Of a DNA stretch of 64,000 nucleotides, positions 1-14,255 are shown one piece after another. Every line of letters starts with the position of its first letter. The first letter of the stretch is position 1. The notes under the pieces were generated by a model. The model made no database searches and was not told the origin of the DNA. It worked only from the letters and a program-made list of their open reading frames with translations. The translations under genes and the position numbers were made by a program. This stretch comes from Rebecca billardiae RCC1528 (Eukaryota; Protista; Haptophyta), in contig OZ251238.1 of assembly GCA_965240325.2 (NCBI GenBank), positions 1,607,115 to 1,671,114 of the forward strand. Direction: 5' to 3'.

Positions 1-3000
1 CTGCGCCTTTTTCCAGGCCGAGCATTTCGCGACGTGCCATTTTGTTTTTCTTTCTCGCCGAGTCGCGCGGCCGCGGGCCGCCGCGGTCCGCTCTCCGCGG
101 AAGGATGGCCGACCGGCCTTGCCGCACGGGCGCACGAGCACGTCGCCTCACAGCGACGGGCGCGGCAAGAGGGCGCGAGGGCGCGCTGCGCGGCGGGCAC
201 GCGGCGTGCGGCGCGTATGCGCGGTGTCCAGCTCATCGCGAGCTGGCGCACACGCTGCCATTGCGAAGGCGCGGCCGCTGCGACGGCTCGCGGTCGGCAG
301 GCGTCGCGCTCGAGTGCGGCAGCTGCACGCGAGGCGAGTCTGCGAGCGGCCGGCGCGCCGCGGGCTGGCGCGGGGCGCTGGCGTGCGTGCGCACGACCCA
401 CCGCACGCGCGCCCGCCCGAACGCTGCCTGCCGCACAGGCCGGATGCACCGCTCGTGCGCTGCCACCCTTGGCGGCCGCAGCGACCGGCGGACGGGTGCT
501 GGCCGTCATGCGCGCGCGCGCGCGCTCGGCGCGGCGCGCGCGGCGGGCGGGCGGCGGGCGCATGCGTGCGCGATGGATCGATGGCGCTGCGCTCGCGCCA
601 CTGCGAGGGGCTGCGTACGCGTGCCCGCGCGTGGCCTGCTCCCTTGCGGTTAGCGTGTGCATAGCTGTGCATGCGGCCGCGACCGCCGCGGCACGGCGCT
701 CGCTGCTCGGGGAGCAGGCGCGCGGGCGGGTGCGCGCCGGGCGCCGGGCGCCGCGTCTTCGCTGCGGCGCACGCCGCCTCAGCGCGTGCAAGACCGCGCG
801 CGCCTGCCGTCGCGCGAGCGGGCGCGGGCGGAGCGGTGAAGGCGCCGCTCGCGCCCGGAGGCGATGCCGCCATCGCTCTTTCTACCGGGCTGGCGGCCGC
901 TGACGAAACGAATCCGTGGTCGTCCGGGCCTTCGTCTTGTGCAGCCAGCATGGCTGCCGAGGCGGCGGTTGGCACGTGCTTTTGGTCGTTGGCGCTCACG
1001 GCACGCTCACGGCGGCGCGGTGGCGTGCTGCGCGAGCGCGTGCTCGCACAGCAGGCACGCCGCGCACTGCACCGCTGCTCGAGACCGCGAGTGCCGCCGC
1101 GCGCAAAGAGTGCCGCCGCTGAGCGCGCGGCCCGCGGCGGCTGTGCTTCCGGCTCGCCGCCGGCGAGCACGCAGGGCTCGGCGCGCGCGCGCCCTCCGGT
1201 GCCAGACGCGACGGCATGCGGCTTGGAGGCATACGCCACACGGCCAGCCCCTGTGCCACCGCGCCAGCGTGAGACTCAGCGCCAGTGCTCGGTCCGGCCG
1301 GCAGCCCGGCCGCCCTCGGCGTGCAGTCGGACGGCCTCGGGGGATGACTGGTTGGGCGGCGGACGAGCGACGACGGGCGCCTACTGGCGAGCCTTGGCCG
1401 CGTCGTGCGCGTCGTCAAGCCAAGCAGCCATCGCCCGCGCCCGCGCCCGCCGCCGCCATTTGTAGAAGTCTCAGTGGCCATGCACCCTGCGCACGGCGTG
1501 CCGACCACGCGGCAGCTGCAAGTCTGGCTGGCGAGGCGCGATGAACCGCTGCGCAGCACGCGGCGTTCAAGCCGAGCGCGAGGCGTGGGACCTCCCGGGC
1601 TACCCGCACGAGGGCGCACACGACGACCCCGAGCCAGCCTCGGGCTGCGGCTGCAGCGCCGAGGCTAGTGCGTCCGGAGCTGTGCCGGCTGCGCCGAGCG
1701 CGCGATGCCGGGCGCGCCCGCGTCCAGAGTGCGGCTCGGCTGGGCTCGTCTGACCTCTGCGAAGCACGCGGCGCCGCGGCCGAGGTCGAGGCGTGGCATC
1801 CAGCGACTATGCCCGCGCGGGCCCGCACGGGCTGCCCGTGCCCCAGGCTCGGGCTGTCGCGGCCGTACCGATTAGCTGGGCCTGGGGCAGCGCGCGCGGC
1901 CGTCGCGGGCCCACCCATCGCGCGCCCGCGTGGGCGCGACGGCAGCGCGTGGGGCGGTGCGAGCCAGTCGAGCGACCGCAGCGCGTGCTGCTCGGCGGCG
2001 CGTGGCGCGAGCGCGCCGCGACCGTGGTTGGCGTCACGCACCGGCTCAGCTGCCCCCGCCCCCGCGCCCCCATCTCCCACCTCGTCCGAGCTGCCTCTCG
2101 GGACGGTGCGCGTCTACGCGCAGCTGCTGGGTGCCGCTGGTCGCGCACGCGCCTCACGTCGAAGGCGCGGCCGCCCCTTACAGGGACGCGTGCACGTGGC
2201 GATCGAGACGAGCACACTCGAGCGTGGTCAGCGCGGGTCGGCAGTGGCGAGCAGCAGAAGAGCAGTCTCTATGTTGGACGGCCGCGCACGCCGCCGGGCC
2301 GAGCTCTGCGCGCAGACTTGGCGGCTGTTCACGTGCTGCCGACTGGCACCGAGCACTGCACGGCGTCGTGCGATGGATGGAGACGCGAATGCACCCTCCC
2401 AGCACGCGCGCTCGACCGCTCGGCAGTGCACGCGCGCGGCCGCGCGCAGCCGGCAGCGTGTGCGTGGCAGCGCGGCCGCGAGCAAGGGGCTGGCGGTGCG
2501 CTCGCGCCGCCTCGATGGCCGCGCGTGGGACGTGGCGAGCTGGCCGAGGCGCTCTGGGCGCACGCTTCGACGGCGCGTGGATCCTCTCGAGCACCACTGG
2601 GCTGCCGTGCGCGCGCACGCGACGCGCACGACAGCCGCCCTCCGGCGGACGGCGGGGATGAAGTGTGGCCATGCTGATCTTTGATGCCGGATTTCTCGCC
2701 GCCTGGAATATCGCGGTTGGTTACCTTTTTCGCGCGGTGACCGTTGCGGCGGCGCGCGAATTCAGCATGGCCTCTCCCCACGCGGGGCGGACAAGACTGA
2801 CGCCGCTGGCTTCTGCCTTTCTGGCTGGCTAGGTGCTGTTGCGCCAAGCGTGGCGCAGCACGGTATGGTTGTGTGCGGGCAATCGGGCCAGTTGGACGGC
2901 CGAATTGGGGTGTGGACGGGCCACGCCCGCGAGGGCATCCCCACGTACAGCAAGGGCGGCCCAGCCAGGGCGGGGGCGCGGCCACGGCGAGCAGCGTGTC

Positions 3001-6000
3001 ACTGCTGCCGATTGCACGGCTCCTGGCGTGGAACTTGTCGCGTGAGCCCTCGCCCCGCCGCGCACGCTCCTGCGGCACCGAGGCTGCCGCTCCGCGCCCG
3101 AGCAGATCGCGCGGCGCGCGCGGCGGCGCCTGCCGGGTGCTGCTGCTGCTGGCTGGGCCGCGCCGGAGAGGCGGGAGCTGCGGGCGTGGAGCGCCGCAGC
3201 CGTCCCAGCGCCTCGCGCCGGTCGAAGCTGCCCCCGCCCCGGCCCCCCATCTTACTCTTCGTCAAGCCTGCGCCTGGTGGGCCGCGTAGTGAGCGGCAAG
3301 CATCAGGTCCCTCCTCATCGCGCTTGAGCGCCCGCTCTCTGCGCACGGCCGTCGTGCCGCTGGGCGCGCGCGCGCCCCGCGTCGATGGAGCGGGCGCGCC
3401 TTGCCGCGGCGGCCGAGACGAGCACTGTCGAAGCACTGTCGAGCGCGATCATCGCGGCGGCGAGCAGCGGTCGTGGCTGGCGCAACACGCCGGCCCAGCC
3501 CGCCCCCGCCCCCGCGCCCCCATCCTCCACCCGTGCGCGCCATCACGGCCGCGCGGCCCACGCCGCTGGGTGCCGCCGCTCGCGCGCGCGCCTAGGTTAG
3601 GGCGGTCTGGGCGGGCAGGCGGCGATGGCGGGCGTCTCTGCGCGGGCCTTGGCTGCGGCGGGCGCATCGTCTAGTCGAGCAGCAGTCGCCCGCGCCCGCG
3701 CCCGCCGCCGCCGTTTGTAGTCTCAACCTGATTTTGCCGCCGCGCACTGGAGTGTTGCTGCGGGCGTGGTGCGCAGCAGCCGACCCAGCGCCTCGCACCG
3801 GTCGAAGCTGCCCCCGCCCCGGCCCCCCATCGTCCACCTCGTCCTATCTGACTCCGGTGAGCAGCAGCTGCTGAATGCCCAGCATACGCCCTTGCTGCCC
3901 GTGCGCAGGAGGCTGAGCCGTGCGGTGCGTGATGGCTGGCGGCCCGCGACTGGCGTCGCGCTCGGCGTACGTGAGGCGAGTCGGCGGGCAGCCTGCGCAC
4001 CACGGGTTGGCGCGCGGCACTGGCGTGCTACACCGAGACGAGACGACACATGCGCGCCCACGCCCGCGCTGCCTGCAGCACCGGCCGGATGCACCGCTGG
4101 TGCGTTGCCACACTCAACGGCAGCAGCTGCCGGCGGTCCGGTGCGGGATGCCACGTGCGCGCGCGCGCGCTCGGCGCGGCGGCTGTGGCGGGCCGGCGGA
4201 GGGCGCAGGAGTGCGCGATGGAATGACTGCAATGCTCCCACACCACTGCGCGGGGCCGCGTGTGCGCGCTCGCGCGCAGCGCGCTCTCTCCTCGTCAGCG
4301 TGCGCACTGCTCGGTGGGCGTGCGGTCGTGCCCGAGGTGCAGCGCTTGCGTTGGGCGCGGCGGCGCGGGCGGGTGCGCACCGGGCGCCGCGTGCGGTATG
4401 CGTGCGCGGAGGCCCTCGTGCCCGCGCGACGGCGCGCGCGGTCGACCTGGCATCGCGGGAAGAGGCATGGCTCCTGACGATGCAGTCTCGCTGCGAGGCG
4501 GCGGGCGCTGCCATCGTCCTGCTCTGCGCCTTTTTCCTTCCCGCGCATTTCGCGACGCTCCGTTTTGTTTTTGGTTTTCTTTCTCGCCGGCGCGGTCCGC
4601 TGTCCACGATGGCCGACCAGCCTTTCCGCACGGGCGCACGAGCACGTCGCCTCGCCGCAGCGACGGGCGCGGCAAGAGGGCGCGAGGGCGCGCTGCGCGG
4701 CGGGCACGCGGCGTGCAACGCGTATGCATCGTGTCCAGCTCACCGCGAGGTGGCTCGCACGCTGCCGTTGCGAAGGCGCGGCCGCGGCGACGGCTCGCGG
4801 TCGGCATTGCGCTCGCGTGATGCGGCCGCGCGTGAAGCGGGCCGGCGCGCGGCCGGCGCCCCACGGGCTGGCGGGGAGCGCCGGGTAACACCCACCTGGC
4901 CCGTGTCGCGCACGCGCGCGCGCGCGCTGCCCACCGCGCCGGCCAGGGGCGCGGTGGGAATGTTGCCACGCGCGACGGCCCGGGGGACGGTCGGGACTGG
5001 CCGCCCGCCAGTCGCGCGCGCGCGCGCGCGCCCGGCGCGCGGCGCGCGAGCGGAGTGCGCGTGCGTGCGCGAATGGCCGATGGCGCTGCGCCCGCGCCAC
5101 TGCGCGGGGCTGCGTGCGCGTACCCGCGCGCGGCCTGCTCCCCTGTGGACGGCGTGTGCACGCACGGCTCTGCATGCGGCCGCCGTGGCGCGGCGCCCGC
5201 TGCCCGGGGACGGTGGCGCGGGCGGGTGCGCGCCGGGCGCCGGGTGACGCGTCTTCGCTGCGGCGCGCGCCTCCTCGGCCCGTGCGCGACCGCGCGCGCC
5301 TGCCGTTGCGCGAGCGGGCGCGGGCGGAGCGGCGAAGGCGCCGCTCGCGCCCGGAGGCGATGCCGCCATCGCCCATCGCTCTTCCGTACCGGGCTTGGCG
5401 GCGCTGACGAAACGAATCCGTGGTCGTCTGGGCTTCCTTTCCGCGGAGCAGCCAGCATGGCTGCCGAGGCGGCGGTTGGCACGTTGCTTTTCGTCGTTGG
5501 CGCTCACGGCACGCTCACGGCGGCGCGGCGGCGTGCGGCGCGAGCGCGTGCTCGCACAGCAGGCACGTCGTGCGCCACACCGCTGCGCAAGGCAGCGAGT
5601 GCCGCCGCGTGCAGCTGCGCCGCATCAGAGAGCGCAGCCGCCAGGCGCGCGGCCCGCTGTGGAACGGCTTCCTGCCCGCCGCCGGCGCGCGCCGACGGCG
5701 AGCACGCAGGGCTCGGCGCGTGCGCGCCCTCCGGTGCCAGACGCGAAGGCATGCGTCTAGGAGGCATACGCCACACGGCCAGCCCCTGTGCCACCGCGCC
5801 AGCGTGAGACTCAGCGCCGGTGCTCGGTCTGGCCGGCAGCCCCCGGCCGCCCTTAGCGTGCAGTCGGACGGCCTCGGGGGATGGCGGGTTGGGCGGCGGA
5901 CGAGCGACGACGGGCGCCTACTGGCGAGCCTTGGCCGCGTCATGCGCGCGTCGTCAAGCCAAGCAGCCATTGCCCGCGCCCGCGCCCGCCGCCGCCATGT

Positions 6001-6574
6001 GTAGTCTCGGTTGCCGCGCGCGGCCTGCGCCGAGTGCTCCGACCGCACGGCAGCTGCTGGCCTGGCTGGCGAGGTGCGATGAACCGCGGCGCAGCACGCG
6101 GCGTTCAAGCCGAGCGCGAGGCGTGGAGCCCAACGGGCTGCCCGCACGAGGGCGCACGCGACGACCGCGAGCCAGCCTCGGGCTGCGGCTGCAGCGCCGA
6201 GGCCAGTGCGTCCGGAGCCGTGCCGGCTGCGCCGAGCGCTTGCCACACCGCGTTGCCTGGCGCGCCCGCGCCCCGTGCGGCTCGGCTGGGCTCGCCGAAC
6301 CTCGGCACAGCACGCGGCGCAGCGGCCGGCTGCGAGGAGTGACGCTCCGCGACTGTGCCCGCGCGGGCCCGCACCGACTGCCAGCGCCCCACGGCCGGGC
6401 TGTCGCGGCCGTACCGACGCTGGGCCCGGGGCAGCGCGCGCTGCCGTCGCGGGCTGTCCATATCGCGCCCGCGCGGGCGCGACGGCAGCGCGTGGGGTGG
6501 GCAGCGAGCCAGCCGAGCGAGCGCAGCGCATGCTCGGTCGGCGGCGTGAGCGCGTCGCGGCCGTGGCTGTCGGC

Positions 6575-7229
6575 ACGCATCTGCCCAGGCGCCGGACTCG
6601 GGGGCCTGCTGCAGACCTGCTGGACGCTGGTGGCCAGGAGATTCCGGGGCCAAAGCGCGCAGTCGTCCTTCGCGGTCATCATCATGTCGTCGTCATTGCG
6701 TGACGTGAACGAGCAGGCGTGGCTCACGCTGGAGCTGGTGAGGAGCCTGGGTAACGGGGACAGTCTCGCGCTCGAGAGCGTCGGTGAAGTCATGGCGTGG
6801 CCCGGGATGCGCTCGGCCTCGGACCTGTCCACGCGGCTCGAGGCAGGCACCCTGTATGCCAAGGCGAAGATTGACGCCGCGATCAGCCTGGCGGCGGCGC
6901 GGGCTGAAGTCGACGCGTTGCTGGGGGAGCCGGCAGGCGAGGGCACGGCCGGCGCGCAGTACCGGAGCGAGGCCCTGCCCGCACCGCCCGAGCGCGCGGC
7001 GCGCGTCGCCGAGCAGCAGCTGCGCGTCGACGCCCAGGGCCCGCCGGCGGCGCGGACGGGCGACGCGCAGGCGGCGCAGAGCGCGGGCCCGTCGCAGAAG
7101 CGTGCGCGGCGCGCGGCGGCACGGCGCGCGTGCCCGCCGCAGCGACGCGCGCAGGGAGAGTGCATGCGACCGATCGTCCCCGAGAACTACCACCCCCCGG
7201 CAGCCGATACTGCATCGTCCTCACCATAG
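6575..7229 (+). pseudogene. Captured 3' fragment of an unknown protein-coding gene inserted in the macro-repeat
   Basis: Repeat similarity stops at ~6570. The frame of ORF 5820..7229 then reads as balanced protein-like sequence (LLQTCWTLVARRF...EQAWLTLELVRSLG...LYAKAKIDAAISLAAARAEVDALLG), ends at TAG 7227-7229, and is followed by AT-richer DNA. The repeat resumes at ~7560. Confidence 0.5.
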
Positions 7230-10200
7230 TCCATAGCATAGCAGTCGTCGCGCCCGTGGGCGCGCAACCGCGCCGCGCGCAGTCTTATTCAACGATCGAT
7301 GGCACTATACTGCTGCCGCTTCGCGCGCATCATGACGTCGCGAGCATCAGCAGTGGCCGGCGCGGAGACACGGGGCCGGTATCCGGTCACGGCGCGGACT
7401 GAGGGCGGTTGATGAATTCGCGGGCATCGGCAAGTGCTGATCACAGCTACTTTACGCTGATATATATAATAATCGCGATCGATCATGGCCAGTGCGAGTG
7501 TCGTCCCGACCACGTGGCAGCTGAGACTGCGCGCGGCTTTCGCCTCACCTCCCGGTCTCAGCCGGCTGCATGGCGAGGTGCGCGGAACTGCGCTGCGCAG
7601 CACGCGGCGGCCAAGCCGAGCGCAAAGAGTCAGGACGACTACGAGGCCCGCGGGCTTATGACCGGTCCGTACTCGTTCCGAGTGCGCACATGACTACGGC
7701 GAGCGAGGCTCGGGCTGTCGCAGCACACGGCGCCGCGGCCGAGATTGAGGCGTGGCGCCCCGCGGCGTGCTCGCGCGCGCGTTCGCACTGGCTGCCCACG
7801 CCCCAGGCCCGACCTGTCGCGGCGGCCGCACCGACGCCGTGTCGGCGGCAGCGCTGCGCGTGGCCGGCACCGGCCGGGCGCGATGGCAGGCGATGGCAGC
7901 GCGCGGGGTGGGCAGTGAGCCAGCCGAGCGAGCGCAGCGCATGCTGCTGGGCGGCGCGTGGCGCGAGCGCGACGCGGCCGTGGCTGGCGCAACGCACCGG
8001 CCCAGCCTGCCCCCGCCCCCGCGCCCCCATCTTCCACCTCTGCCGAGCTGCCTCTGGTGCGCGCCATCACCGCAGTGAGCCGCCGATGCGCAGCTGCCGC
8101 ATGCCGCTGGTCGCGCACGCGCCTCACGTCGAAGGCGCGGCCGCGGCCGCCCAGCGCAGGGGCGCGTGCGCGCGGTGGTCGAGACGAGCACACTCGAGCG
8201 CGGTCAGCGCGGGTCGGCAGTGGCGAGCAGCAGTAGCGCAGTCTACATGTTGAACGGCCGCGGCCGAGCTCTGCGCGCAGACTTGGCAGCTGTTCACGCG
8301 TTGCTGATGGGCACCACGCACTGTGCGGCGGCCGAGCGGTGCAGTACGCGCGCCACCGCTCGGCAGTGCACTCGCACGGCCGCGCGCAGCCGGCAGCGTG
8401 TGCGTGGCAGCACGGCCGAGCGAGGGGCCGGCTGTGCGCTCGCGCCGCCGCCATGGCCGCGCGTGGGACGTGGGGCGCTGGCCGAGGCGCTCTGGGCGCG
8501 TGCTTCGACGGCGCGTGGCTCCCCTCGCGTACCACTGCGCCGGCGTGCGCGCGCACGCGACGCGCACGACAGCCACCTTGGCGGACGGCGGGGATGGCGT
8601 GCGGCCATGCTGGTCTTTGAGGCCGGATTTCTCGTCGCCTGGAATGTCGGTTGGTCAATCTTTTTTTCGCGACGCCACCGACGACCGTTGGTCGCGGCAG
8701 CGCGCGAATTCAGCATGGCCTCTCCCCACGCGGGGACGAGTCTGCATCCCGCGGCGCGATGGGCGCGAGCCCGCGTTGGACGGGGCTGTCGTGCGCCTGG
8801 AGGTACGCACGTGGAGCGCCGTCTCCGCCCCTGCCGCCTCGCACCAGCCCAAGGCGGCCTCCGCCCCCGCCCCACTCGTCGTCCGACCTGCCTCCGGCTA
8901 GCCCGCAGTGGGCTCTCCAACAGCTGCGCCCGGCGGCTCGGGCGGGGGATCCGCGATGCTGGGCGTCCACAGGCGAGCCGTCGATGCATCGTGAGCGTCG
9001 TCTCGTCGGCAGCCGTCCCCCGCGCCCGCGCCCGCCGCCGCCATTTGGAGTCTCAGTCGCTGCTGCCTGCACTAGTAGTGTGTCCAGCTGACCAGTCGGC
9101 AACTGCCGCTGGCGTCTGCCTTTCTGGCTGGCTAGGTGCTGTTGCGCCAAGCGTGGTGCAGCGCGGTATGGTTGTGTGCGGGCGATTGGGCCACTTGGAC
9201 GGCCGAATTGGTGGGTGAACGGGCCACGCCAGCGAGGGCATCCCAGCGTGCAGCAAGGGCGGCCCAGTCAGGGTGGGAGCGCGGCCGCGCCGAGCGGCGC
9301 GTCACGGCTGCCGATTGCATGGCTCTTGCGCGGTGGAACTTGTCGCGTGAGCCCTCGCCCCGCCGTGCACGCTCCTGCGGCACCGAGGCTGCCGCGCCCG
9401 AGCAGATCGCGCGGCGCGCGCGGCGGCGCCTGCTGGGTGCTGCTGCTGCCGCTGCTGCGGAGGGCTGCTGAGTGGGCCGACTCGCAGCCCACGCCGGAGA
9501 GGCGGGCAGCGCGGCCGGGACGGCTGCGGATGCGGAGCGCCGCAGCCGTCCCAGCGCCTCGCACCGGTCGAAGCGGCCCCCGCCCCGCCCCCCCATCTTA
9601 CCCTTCGTCAAGCCTGCGCCTGGTGGGCCGCCTGGTGGGCCGCGTAGTGAGCGGCAAGCATCAGGGCGCTCCTCATCGCGCGTGAGCGCCAGCTCATCTG
9701 CGCACGGCCGTCCCACTGAGGTGCGGCTGGGCGCGCGCGCGCCTCGCGTCGATGGAGCGGGCGCGCCTTGCCGCGGCGGCCGCGACGAGCACTGTCGAAG
9801 CACTGCCGAGCGCGATCATCGCGGTGGCGAGCAGCGGTCGTGGCTGGCGTAACACACCGGCCCAGCCCGCCCCCGCCCCCGCGCCCCCATCCTCCACCTC
9901 GTCCGAGCTGCCTCCACTGCGCGCCATCACGGCTGCGCTGCGCACGCACGCGCCCCGCTTCGAGGGAGCGGCCGTCCCTTGCCGTGGTGCGTGGCGGTCG
10001 AGACGAGCGCACACTCCGGCGCGCATGATCACCGCGGGTCGGCGGCGGCGAGCAGGAGTCGCGCAGCCTATATTTTCAACCGCCAAGGGCGCGCCGCGGC
10101 CGAGCTCTGCGCGCAGACTTGGCAGCTGTTCACGCGTGGCTGGCGGGCACCACGCACTGCGCGGCGTCGTGCGTGCGAGTGGCGGAGACGCGAGTGCGTC

Positions 10201-13200
10201 CCCCCAGCAAGCGCGCTCGGCCGCTCGGCCGTGCGCTCGCGCGGCCGCGCGCAGCCGGCAGCGTTTGCTTTCAGCGCGGGCCGAGCGAGCGGGCAGTGCG
10301 CTCGCGCCGGGGGCGCAGTCGCAAGGGCTACGGGTGGGGCGGTGCGAGCCGGAGGGGGTGCACCGAGCGCATGGTGCTCGGCGGCGCGTGGCCCCTCTCG
10401 CGCACCGCTGAGTCGCGCTGAGTCGGCGTGCGTGCGCACCGGACAGCACGACGTCCGCCTTGAGCCCTTTGAGTCTTGACCCCGCGAACGCCGAGGCGGA
10501 ACGAGGGCCGCCATGCTTGCCGAGGGCTGGTTTTTTTTTGCGTGGGTCGCCGGGCGGTGCTTTTTTCCCTCGCGCTCCCGAATTCCGTCGCTTGCTTGTT
10601 CGCGAATCAGCATGGCAGCCCGAGTTCTCCGCGGGGTGGGTCTCACTTTGCAGGCAACGGCGGGAGGTGCCGGCGGGTCAGCAACGCGCGCACGCGCGCA
10701 TGCGTGCTCCTCGTCCGCTACGCGCGCGTGCGCGCTCACTGCCTCGGCGCAGGCGTAGCTGCGCGCCGCGTGGCGGCTCGCGACCGCCGGGCGTCGCGGC
10801 TCGGGCCGCAGCGGCCTGGCAGGCGAGGCTCGCGCCGACGAGCAGCAGCCTGCGCACTGCGGTTTCGCGCGGGGTGCGTGCTGCGCGCTTGGACTGTCCT
10901 CTTGCCCGCGACTGCACGCACGCTCTGCGACGCGCATGCCGCTGCGCGGCGTGGCGGCTCTCCGAGGCTGCGTTGGGCGTCGGACGGCGGCGCGGCCGCG
11001 CGCCGGGGGTGACGCGCGCATGGCACCCCACTGCCGACCGAGCGCCTCGCACCGTTTGAAGCTGGCCCCGCCCCGGCCCCCCATCTCAGTCTTCGTTCAA
11101 ACTTCACCTGGTGCGCGCAGGGGGCCGCAGCCAGGCCAGGTTGCTCATCGCGCGCGCGCGCCGCCCAGCCCACGCGCGTACTGCAGTGCAGCCGGTCGCG
11201 CGCGAGCGCGCCTCGCGCGGAAGGGGCGGGCGCGCCTTGCCATGGCGCGAGCGCGTGGCGGTCGAGACGCGCACACTCGAGCGCGGGCAGCGCGTGTCGG
11301 CGCTGGCGCCAGCACTGGCACGGGCATTGCCCTGGGCCGCCGCGCGCGCAGGTCGCCCTCTCTCGTGCGGCTCCTAGGTCGGCGGGCTGGGGGGCCGCCA
11401 AGGGGAGCGACGCGCTGCGCGACGTCGTGCGAGGGATGGACTCTCCATCCACCTCGTCGCGCGCTCGACCGCCCCTCCGTGCGCGGCGGGCGCGTGGCCG
11501 CACCCAGCCGGCAGCGCGCGCGCGGCCGAGCCGGGCCGGGCCGAGGGGCCGGCGGCGCGCTCGCGCCAGGGGCGCAGACGCAAAGGCTACGGGTGGGGCG
11601 GTGCGAGCCAGCGGGGGCACGCTGGGCGTACGCTGCGCAGCGGCGCGTGGCGCCGCTCGCGCACCACTGCGCCGGCGGGGACGTGCGCGCCTTGACCGTC
11701 CGCCTTGACTCCGCCGGCGGGGACGGGGCGCCGCCATGCTTGCGGCCGAGGGTCTTGATGGCCTTTTGTTTTTCCGCGCTCGCTGTACGCCCAAAAAAAA
11801 CCCGGCGGATGTTCAACTTCCCCCCGGCACCACCAATCAAACAAGGCGCCCGGACTTCGCCAAAACCGGCGGCCGATAAATTTCACAGAAAAAACCTGAA
11901 AAAAGCCTTGCGCGCGGTGCCGACTGACTTGCGGCCGCCTGCGCCATCCACGATGCCGTCGACACCACTTCCATCGTCCCGCTGGGTCTTGGGCTCCCTT
12001 TGCAGACAGACGGGCGCAACGGCGGAGGGTGTCGGCGGGTCGGCAAGGCGCGCACGTGCAGGCGCGCGCTCCTCGCCCTCCACGCGCACGTGCGCGCTCG
12101 CTGCCTCCGCGCAGGACCAGCTGCGCGCCGCGTGACGGCTCGCGGCCGCCGGGCGTCGCGGCTCGGGCGGCAGCGGCCTGACAGGCGAGGCTCGTGCCGA
12201 CGAGCCGCAGCCTGCACACCGCGGTCTCGCGCGGGGTGCGTGCTACGCGCGTGGGTTGCCCTCCCGCTCGCCGGCCGCACGCACGCTCTGCACCGCGCAT
12301 GCCGTTGCGGTGAGCGGCGGCTCTCAGAGGCTGCGGCGGGCGTCGGACGGCGGCGCGGCCGTGCGCAGGGCGTCCTACTGCCGACCCAGCGCCTCGCACA
12401 GGTCGAGGCTGCCCCCGCCCCGGGCCCCCATCTCACCCTCCGTCCATCCTGCGCCTGGTGGGCCGCGTAGTGAGCGGCAAGCATCAGGGCGCTCCTCATT
12501 GTGTGTGAGCGCCAGCTCATCTGCGCACGGCCGTCCCACGGCGGTGCGGCTGGGCGCGCGCCTCGCGTCGACGGAGCGGGCGCGCCTTGCCGCGGCGGCC
12601 GAGACGAGCACTGTCGAAGCACTGTCGAGCGCGATCATCGCGGCGGCGAGCAGCGGTCGTGGCTGGCGTAACACACCGGCCCAGCCCGCCCCCGCCCCCG
12701 CGCCCCCATCCTCCACCCGCGCGCGCCATCACGGCCGCGCCGCGCACGCGGCTGGGTGCCGCCGCTCGCGCGCGCGCCTCGCTTCGAGGGCGAGCGGCCG
12801 TCCCTTGCCATGGCGCGTGGCGGTCGAGGCGAGCGCCCACTCTGGCGCGATCACCGCCGGTCGGCGGTGGCGGGCAGGAGTCGCGCAGCCTTTACGTCGA
12901 GTAGCCAATCGCGTGCCCAGCGCTGCGCGCACACCTGATGGCGGCGGCAGTTCGCGCGTTGCTGGCTGGCATCGTGCACTGCGCGGCGTCGCGCGCGCGA
13001 TTGACGGAGACGCGGACGCATCCTCCCGGCACGCGCGCTCGACCGCTCGGCCGCGCGCTCGCGCGGCCGCGCGCGGCCGCCGCAGCGCGGCCGCGCAGTG
13101 TTTGCGTGGCAGCGCGGCCGAGCCGAGGGGCGGCGGTGCGCCAGCGCCGCCGCGATGGCCGCGCGTGGGCGCGCGTGGGGCGCGGTGAGCTGACCGATGC

Positions 13201-14021
13201 GCACTCTGGGCGCGTGCCCCCACGGCGCGCAGATCCACTCGCGCACCACTGCGCCGGCGCGCGCGACAAGCCGCCCTCCGGCGGACGGCGGGGATGGAGC
13301 GCCGCGATGCTGGCTTCCGGGTCCCGATCGCTGGAGATGAGGAAATCCGGGAATCCCGGCAGCATGGCGACGCGCGAGTCAGCATGGCGAGTCAGCATGG
13401 CGGATGCAGTCTGCATCCAGCGGCGCCGATGGGCGCTAGCCGCGTCGGACGGGGCCGCCGCGCGCCGGCGAGTACGCGCGTTCCGCGCCGTATCTGCCGC
13501 TGCGCCTCGCTCCAGCCCAAGGCGGCCCCCGCCCCCGCCCCCCGTCTGCCACTCGTCGTCCGGCCTGCCTCGCGCCGCGCGCCGCGCGGGCCGTCCGACA
13601 GCCGCGCAGGGCGGTCTGGGCGGGCAGGCGGCGATGGCGGGCGTCTCTCGGCGGGCCTTGGCTGCGGCGGGCGCATCGTCTAGTCAAGCAGCAGTCGCCC
13701 GCGCCCGCGCCCGCCGCCGCCGTTTGTACTCCTCGATCTGATTGTGCCGCCGCGCACTGGAGTGTTGCTGCGGGCGTGGAGCGCCGCAGCCGGCCCAGCG
13801 CCTCGCGCCGGTCGAAGCGGCCCCCGCCCCGGCCCCCCATCTTACCCTCCGTCAAGCCTGCGCCTGGTGCGCGTAGTGAGCGGTGAACGTGTGCGGCGCG
13901 CCCAGCGCGCGCGAGCTGGATGGCTAACGCCAACCGACTGGTGGTTGCCCCCGCCGCGCATGCCAAGCACACGCAGCAGGGCACGCGGCGGGCGCGGCCG
14001 AGCAATGTGTGCCAGGAGGCC

Positions 14022-14255
14022 GCGTCGACGCGCGGGCGCTGGGGGCGTCGGCTGAAGGCGCGCCCCGAAGCAAGCGGTGGTGCAGTGCCGCTCCATACCA
14101 CCGGTAGACCGGGGCGTGGGGCGCGGCGCCCGGCCCCTTCTGGGCGCGCCCCGGCGTGTACATCTTGCCCGGCGTCAGAACTAGAACTGCCACTCGGACG
14201 GCGCGGCCGATCTCTGCGCCGACGAGCGGGCGCTGGGGGCGTGGGCTGAGGGCAC
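14022..14255 (+). repeat. Single diverged copy of the ~195-bp subtelomeric satellite monomer inside the macro-repeat
   Basis: GGGGGCGTCGGCTGAAGGCGCGCCCCGAAGCAAGCGGTGGTGCAGTGCCGCTCCATACCACCGGTAGACC closely matches the monomer of the 51.7-62.9 kb array. Confidence 0.85.
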
